Positions 58,761 to 64,000 of a stretch of DNA of 64,000 bases are shown piece by piece. The stretch's first letter is position 1; each line of letters starts with the position of its first letter. Where the stretch lies: contig CAYYQL010000002.1 in NCBI GenBank assembly GCA_964473825.1, positions 205,288-269,287 on the forward strand. The letters run 5' to 3'. Source of the DNA: an uncultured archaeon. GTDB taxonomy: Archaea > Asgardarchaeota > Thorarchaeia > Thorarchaeales > Thorarchaeaceae. The notes beneath the pieces were generated by a model that saw nothing but the letters and a program-made list of their open reading frames with translations, was not told the DNA's origin and searched no databases. The translations under genes were made by a program, and so were the position numbers.

Positions 58761-59484
58761 TAGTGGTCACCCAGAACTATCTTTATCGATACTTTGAGCC
58801 CGTCGTCAAACCGCCAATTATAAAGATTATCGTCTTGCAGTTGAATCATGCTTGCTGCTGCATTCACATCAACATGAAGGCCCTTATCATAGTGTGAGCA
58901 ATAGTATTGTTATCCACTTCGCCTTTCAGTAGTGAAAGTTTCACCGTCCAGTTTCGTATAGTGGAGCTGACCATTGACAAGCCATGCAGAAATGAGCAGA
59001 CCTATGAGTGACTTGGTTCAAACAATGGCCCATCATCATTTTCGTAGTTTGCGGCGTCCAAAACGAGTACTGATAGCCGTATGGGACCGTAATCAGAGAA
59101 GATGGCGAATAATATCACTAATTGTTACCTCGGAATTCTCGAAGGGATCTAGTCTTTAGAATGCTTGTTGTATACAGATTGAAGACTCAAGAAAGCACTA
59201 ATCATACTGAAAGCATTGAGCAATCCAAATCGCAATCGGGCGGCTGAATCATCTACTATTCATCCCTTGCATCTCCCCATTTGAGAAGTGTTTGATAGGC
59301 TTGCCACGAGCACGAGGTTTCTAATCGCCGTTTTTGGTTTCGAAGGCAGAGATACAAGCGTCTACAGTTCTAGTTAGCGAACTGTCATCGAGTCGAGGAA
59401 CGTACGAAAACTCTCTGAGATGTAGAACCATCGGCCAGTAGTATGAGCCGCGTCAGCAATCATTCAGCGAAACAGGTTCGGTTG

Positions 59485-59527
59485 AAAAAGGAGAAGGGCG
59501 AGTCACAGGAGTTGCACCCAGACCCGC
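59485..59527 (-). terminator. Hairpin + T-tract terminator after the MFS gene
   Basis: GCGGGTC/GACTCGC stem followed by TCCTTTTT on the minus strand. Confidence 0.45.
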
Positions 59528-59543
59528 ACCGAGTGGACAGAAA

Positions 59544-60827
59544 CTAATCCGTACCCCTCATTTTCATGACGACTGTCAGTATAATAGCAAGAATGGCAAG
59601 GATTCCTGTTGCAATGAAGGCTAGGAAGTAGCTACTTGTGATATCAACAAACGATCCTGCGACAAGAGCACCCACCACTCCAGCTATTCCATAGGCAGTG
59701 AAGACAACACCGTAATTCTTACCTACATTAGGCGAGCCGAAATAGTCAGCTGTTGCTGACGGGAATAAGGCGAAGTTACCACCAAAACAGAAACCAACAA
59801 CCGATGCGACAACTGTGACCGTCATCCACATTCCTTCGGTTTGCGGAAGTGTGACGATATATGCGAAGCTAAACATCGAAACTGCCAGTAGGAGGAACAT
59901 AAGAGTCATGGTCTTAACACGGCCAAGTTTGTCCGATGTGGCACCCCATACTATTCTTCCAGCTGCATTGAAGATTGACATTATCCCTCCAATCGCAGCT
60001 CCCAATCCTAGCAGTTCGACCAGTGGATCCACCTCCGCAGCAGCACTCTTCACGTTGCCAAGTGTCATGAGGCCTGCTGTTGCAGCGAATATGAATGCAA
60101 GCCAAAGCAACCAGAATGTACCAGTTCTAATCATCTCGTTAGGCATCATACCCTTGCCCGAACCGTCAGCTGTGGTTTCTGGTGGACTCCACCCTTCAGG
60201 GGTCCATCCTTGAGGAGGTATTGTGAGTACTTGTGCACCAACAATGACTCCAACCAGGTAAATTATGCCCAGAATGAAGAATGGCGGACCTATTAGTCCT
60301 CCAGCGGACTCGATAAGGTATTGCTCCACATAGAGGAAGATTAGTGCACCTCCACCAAATCCTGCAACCGCAATTCCAGACACACTCCCCTTCTTATCGG
60401 GGAACCATTTCACAAGAGCTGCAATTGGACATACATAGGCAAAACCAATACCCGCACCACCAATCACACCGTAAGTCAGTACCAGATAGAGCGTCCCCAT
60501 CATCTCGTCGAGAGCCAGTGTATCAACAAGTGAAGCGAGCATATAGCCTAGGCCCAGTAGGACGCCTCCAACGGTGGCAACCTTACGAGGACCAATCTTG
60601 TCTTGCCAACGGCCTGCAAATACCATAAACACTGCAAAAGACGCCAGACCTGCCGCAAAGGGCCACTGGGTATTCAACACCAGCCACCCATAGAGCCCTC
60701 CTTGCGACATTGCAAGTTTGAGAGCATTCTGAAACTCAGACCAGGCGTATATGGTACCAAGGCATAGTTGGACAATGATTGCACCAAACATTACCAAGTA
60801 GCGATTTCCAACATTCTCGGACATCAT
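59544..60827 (-). CDS. OFA-family MFS transporter (oxalate/formate antiporter-like)
   Basis: LGTIYAWS; GRWQDKIGPR; KWFPDKKG; FNAAGRIVWG; FGGNFALFP; ~12 TM. Confidence 0.9.
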   Translation of the reverse strand: MMSENVGNRYLVMFGAIIVQLCLGTIYAWSEFQNALKLAMSQGGLYGWLVLNTQWPFAAGLASFAVFMVFAGRWQDKIGPRKVATVGGVLLGLGYMLASLVDTLALDEMMGTLYLVLTYGVIGGAGIGFAYVCPIAALVKWFPDKKGSVSGIAVAGFGGGALIFLYVEQYLIESAGGLIGPPFFILGIIYLVGVIVGAQVLTIPPQGWTPEGWSPPETTADGSGKGMMPNEMIRTGTFWLLWLAFIFAATAGLMTLGNVKSAAAEVDPLVELLGLGAAIGGIMSIFNAAGRIVWGATSDKLGRVKTMTLMFLLLAVSMFSFAYIVTLPQTEGMWMTVTVVASVVGFCFGGNFALFPSATADYFGSPNVGKNYGVVFTAYGIAGVVGALVAGSFVDITSSYFLAFIATGILAILAIILTVVMKMRGTD

Positions 60828-60992
60828 GTGTTCACCTTTTCAATGGCGAATGTCTACTCTCGCCGAGAAAAACGGGACTAAAAGCCTTCCGACCGTCCTC
60901 ACGGAAATGGCATTCTCAGTTCTTTCGAGCCACTTGCAAAGCTCTATATGGGCTAGGCGTTGGACGAGTCATGGCTTACTAGGGTGTTTCTA

Positions 60993-62879
60993 ATGGCGAA
61001 GCAGGACTGGACTGAGAAGTACAAGAACAAAGTGCTAACTGCTCCGAAGGCGATCAAGAAGATTAGACGCGGAACGAGGATCTTCCTCGGTACAGGGTGT
61101 GGCGTTCCTTATCATCTGGTTCAAGAGCTTGCCAACCATGCAGATCAAATGGCCGATAATGAAATCGTGCATCTGCTCACACTTGGTGACACGCCCTCTG
61201 CTGACCCCAAGTTCCAGGCTCAATTCCGACACAATTCATTCTTCATTAGCGAGAACATGCGTGAAGCTGTTACAGAGGGAAGAGCCGACTACACACCAAT
61301 TATGCTCTCTGACATTCCACGTCTCTTTCGGTCACGAAAGATGCCCATTGACGTTGCCATGATCCAGGTAAGTCCCCCAGATGAACATGGTTACTGCTCC
61401 CTTGGAATATCTGTGGACATCACGAAATCTGGTGCAGAGAGTGCAGACATAATCATCGCTCAAGTGAATGAACGCATGCCTGTCACCCTTGGGGATTCGT
61501 TTCTCAATGTGCGCGATATAGACTATCTAGTTCCATTCACAGAGCCATTACGGCAATTTGAGTCAGTCGAAGTTGATGAAACAATTGACTTAATTGGTTC
61601 GTACGTTGCAAGACTAATAGAGAATGAATCAACGCTCGAGCTCGGTATCGGAGCACTACCACAGGCAGTCTGCAATAACTTGATGGACTCGGGTGTGAGC
61701 GATTTAGGGATACATACAGAGATGTTCAGTGATAGCCTCATTCCTCTTATCGAACAGGGCGTGATAACATGCAAGAAGAAGACCCTTCATAGAGGCAAAA
61801 TCATTGCAAGTTTCGCCATGGGGTCTGAGAAGCTATACGAATATGTTCACGAGAACCCTCTGTTTGAGTTTAGACCCTCCGAGTACGTCAATGACCCATA
61901 CATCATCGGCGAAAACAACAAAATGGTAGCAATCAACTCCGCACTCGAAGTTGACCTCACCGGTCAAGTGTGTGCCGACTCAATCGGCCACAAGTTCTAC
62001 AGCGGTATCGGTGGTCAGGTTGATTTCATCAGAGGTGCTTCACGTTCTCCTGATGGTAAGGCAATCATATGTATGCAATCGACCGCCATGAACGGGAAAA
62101 CATCTCGGATAGTACCTCGGCTCAGTGAAGGTGCCGGTGTTGTAACAACTCGTGGTGACGTTGACATTGTAATAACAGAATATGGGCTTGCATCATTGCA
62201 TGGAAAGACCATAAGAGAACGAGTCCTCTCGTTGATTGCCATTGCTCATCCCAAGTTCCGAAACGAGCTCCTCGAAGCTGCAAAGACCATGAAGTACGTC
62301 CACGAGGATCAAGTACCATTTCTTTCCCAAGGAACATACTTTGCATCGGAGTACGAAACACAAGAGACTTTCAAGGATCCGAATGGACCTGTCACAGTCC
62401 ATTTCCGACTCATCCGACCCGATGACACCGATCGTATCAAGGAACTGTTCTATGATTTATCCGAGGAGAGCATCTTCTTCAGATTCTTGACGCCCCTCAG
62501 AAGCCTGCGCCGACAGACTTTGCAGGAGTTCTACAACGTTGATCAAGACCGTGACATATCTATTGTTGCAGTTATCAAACCTGATGAGGATGAAGAGGCT
62601 GAGCGGATTATAGGCGCAGGAAGGTATCTGTTGAATCGCAGCACAAACGAGGCCGAATTTGCATTGCTAGTTCAGGATGAGTACCAGGGTAAAGGCATAG
62701 GGACCTTTCTTCTAAACCAGCTCATGCGTATTGCTAAGAGTAAAGGTGTTGAAGCCTTCATAGCCTATGTTCACCCGCGGAATCAACCCATGATTCGCTT
62801 TCTCCATAAGACCGGTAAGATTATAGAGAGTCGGATGAGCATGGCAGACGAGGAATACGTCTTCAAACTAAACCTGTAG
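60993..62879 (+). CDS. Acetyl-CoA hydrolase/CoA-transferase fused to a C-terminal GNAT acetyltransferase
   Basis: SPPDEHGYCSLG; LGIHTEMFSD; GIGGQVDF; C-terminal RLIRPDD...AEFALLVQDEYQGKGIGT. Confidence 0.9.
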   Translation: MAKQDWTEKYKNKVLTAPKAIKKIRRGTRIFLGTGCGVPYHLVQELANHADQMADNEIVHLLTLGDTPSADPKFQAQFRHNSFFISENMREAVTEGRADYTPIMLSDIPRLFRSRKMPIDVAMIQVSPPDEHGYCSLGISVDITKSGAESADIIIAQVNERMPVTLGDSFLNVRDIDYLVPFTEPLRQFESVEVDETIDLIGSYVARLIENESTLELGIGALPQAVCNNLMDSGVSDLGIHTEMFSDSLIPLIEQGVITCKKKTLHRGKIIASFAMGSEKLYEYVHENPLFEFRPSEYVNDPYIIGENNKMVAINSALEVDLTGQVCADSIGHKFYSGIGGQVDFIRGASRSPDGKAIICMQSTAMNGKTSRIVPRLSEGAGVVTTRGDVDIVITEYGLASLHGKTIRERVLSLIAIAHPKFRNELLEAAKTMKYVHEDQVPFLSQGTYFASEYETQETFKDPNGPVTVHFRLIRPDDTDRIKELFYDLSEESIFFRFLTPLRSLRRQTLQEFYNVDQDRDISIVAVIKPDEDEEAERIIGAGRYLLNRSTNEAEFALLVQDEYQGKGIGTFLLNQLMRIAKSKGVEAFIAYVHPRNQPMIRFLHKTGKIIESRMSMADEEYVFKLNL

Positions 62880-62961
62880 CAGCACCCATGTCCAAGTCAT
62901 TCAAGTCTGGACATTGGACCGCTCTTCAGGCCCATCGGCAACAAGCCCCAGGCAATGCGGT

Positions 62962-63375
62962 CTATCCATCTAACTCATCTCTAGGTCGAAAGCCCTCTAT
63001 ATGCGCCACTCGGTGCCTCTTCTTGAAGGCAACTAGTAACGGTACAGCAGTGATGTTCATTGCATCTCTGACCCCCTTCGTCTTCTCGATGTCGACCATT
63101 GCGAAGTAGACCCTTCGGTTGAACTCCTCAGCAAGATCCTCAAGTATGGGCATCATTCTTCGGCAATGAGGGCACTGACTTTGATGAAAGAATACAATAG
63201 CAGTCCGTGCCTGTCTGATGCAATCTATGTAATCCTCTCCAAGCTGGTTTACTCTTCCTTTCGCAACCGAATTTCCCTTTGTCTTGTCCAACTGGGATTC
63301 CAATCTTCGAGCAATGGAATCAAACGATTCTTCTTCTCTACGAGGATTCACACTCGTCGCCTGATTCAGACACAC
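62962..63375 (-). CDS. Thioredoxin family protein
   Basis: CPHC active site; VDIE; NITAVPLLVAFK. Confidence 0.8.
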   Translation of the reverse strand: MCLNQATSVNPRREEESFDSIARRLESQLDKTKGNSVAKGRVNQLGEDYIDCIRQARTAIVFFHQSQCPHCRRMMPILEDLAEEFNRRVYFAMVDIEKTKGVRDAMNITAVPLLVAFKKRHRVAHIEGFRPRDELDG

Positions 63376-63425
63376 ATGATGTGTGTTAGTATACAGCTTT
63401 CACGGAGAGGAGTCGGAAGGGGAGA

Positions 63426-63533
63426 TGGTGGGCCCGCGGAGATTAGTTCCAGCAGAGGGGAGTCCTCTGCGGATTGAACTCCGGGCCTCCGCCTTATCAG
63501 AGCGGCGCAATGACCAGGCTATGCTACGGGCCC
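63426..63533 (-). tRNA. tRNA-Ile(GAU) with a 30-nt intron at 58/59 (63444..63473); CCA encoded
   Basis: GGGCCCG/CGGGCCC acceptor; CCGCT-CTGATAA-GGCGG; BHB GTTC/GAAC with bulges AAT and TAA, intron stem GCAGAGG/CCTCTGC. Confidence 0.9.
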
Positions 63534-64000
63534 GTTGGTGATTCGAAATCGATGTCACTCGGAATTCGATAAAAAGGTTGTGACTAATCGATCTGCTTCA
63601 GCATGGCTATCGTCTTGATTGTCAGGTTCTTCATATGCACTGCTATCAGAGCCGTCTTCTGGTCAGTCTGGAATCGATATAATAGAGTGCTATGTGAAGA
63701 AAGGATTCTGATCATTGGTCACGGATTAGAAGTGGAAACTGTTTTTTGCATTGGACTCATTCCAGAAACTGGAACTATGGTGTCTGCTCCGAAGTAAAGA
63801 AGAAAGCCTGTGTCCTATCAGGGCCGAAAGATGAAACGCTGATTAGTGGAGGCTTGGCTACATGTATTTCCTTTCAGCCACGGCCTCTTTCCAGCTATGC
63901 AACGGGCCGCTGATTGTTAGTTGGACCTCAGATAGTCCTCCCAGCAACGGCACTGGGTTGTTCTGTGTGACTGTCAAGGATATTCCTCGCCGCATTCACA

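Noticed and set aside
63540-64000. Possible coding sequence at the window end (e.g. 63603..63797)
   Set aside because: Short with no motifs; at most the last codons of a minus-strand gene enter from the edge

Overview
Gene-dense archaeal core-genome segment, most consistent with an Asgard archaeon, probably Thorarchaeia-like. This is inferred from RpoG/Rpb8, PolD DP1, gins23-mcm, a roadblock/small-GTPase operon and BHB-type tRNA introns; no search was run. Housekeeping content: replication and repair (cdc6, rfcS/L, gins, mcm, hel308, DP1, a degenerate GAN/Cdc45-like DHH protein, herA-nurA), tRNA modification and translation (truA, trm11, KEOPS kae1/bud32/pcc1, eS1, uS15, FAU-1, Lsm), pyrG and an acetate/CoA module. 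There are six tRNA genes. Five of them carry seven BHB introns in total, six at non-canonical positions, including an apparent 10/11 intron in tRNA-Glu. Most interesting: (i) a tandem-roadblock + DENN-like + MglA-like GTPase operon; (ii) a cluster with a membrane-anchored VirB4/HerA-like ATPase, a TadA/VirB11-like ATPase, a Flp-type pilin and Ig-like surface glycoproteins; (iii) a twice-repeated 62-bp intergenic hairpin element of unknown function; (iv) a 358-nt antisense overlap between a surface-protein gene and a 2-oxoacid oxidoreductase alpha gene. No CRISPR array, rRNA or transposase was seen.
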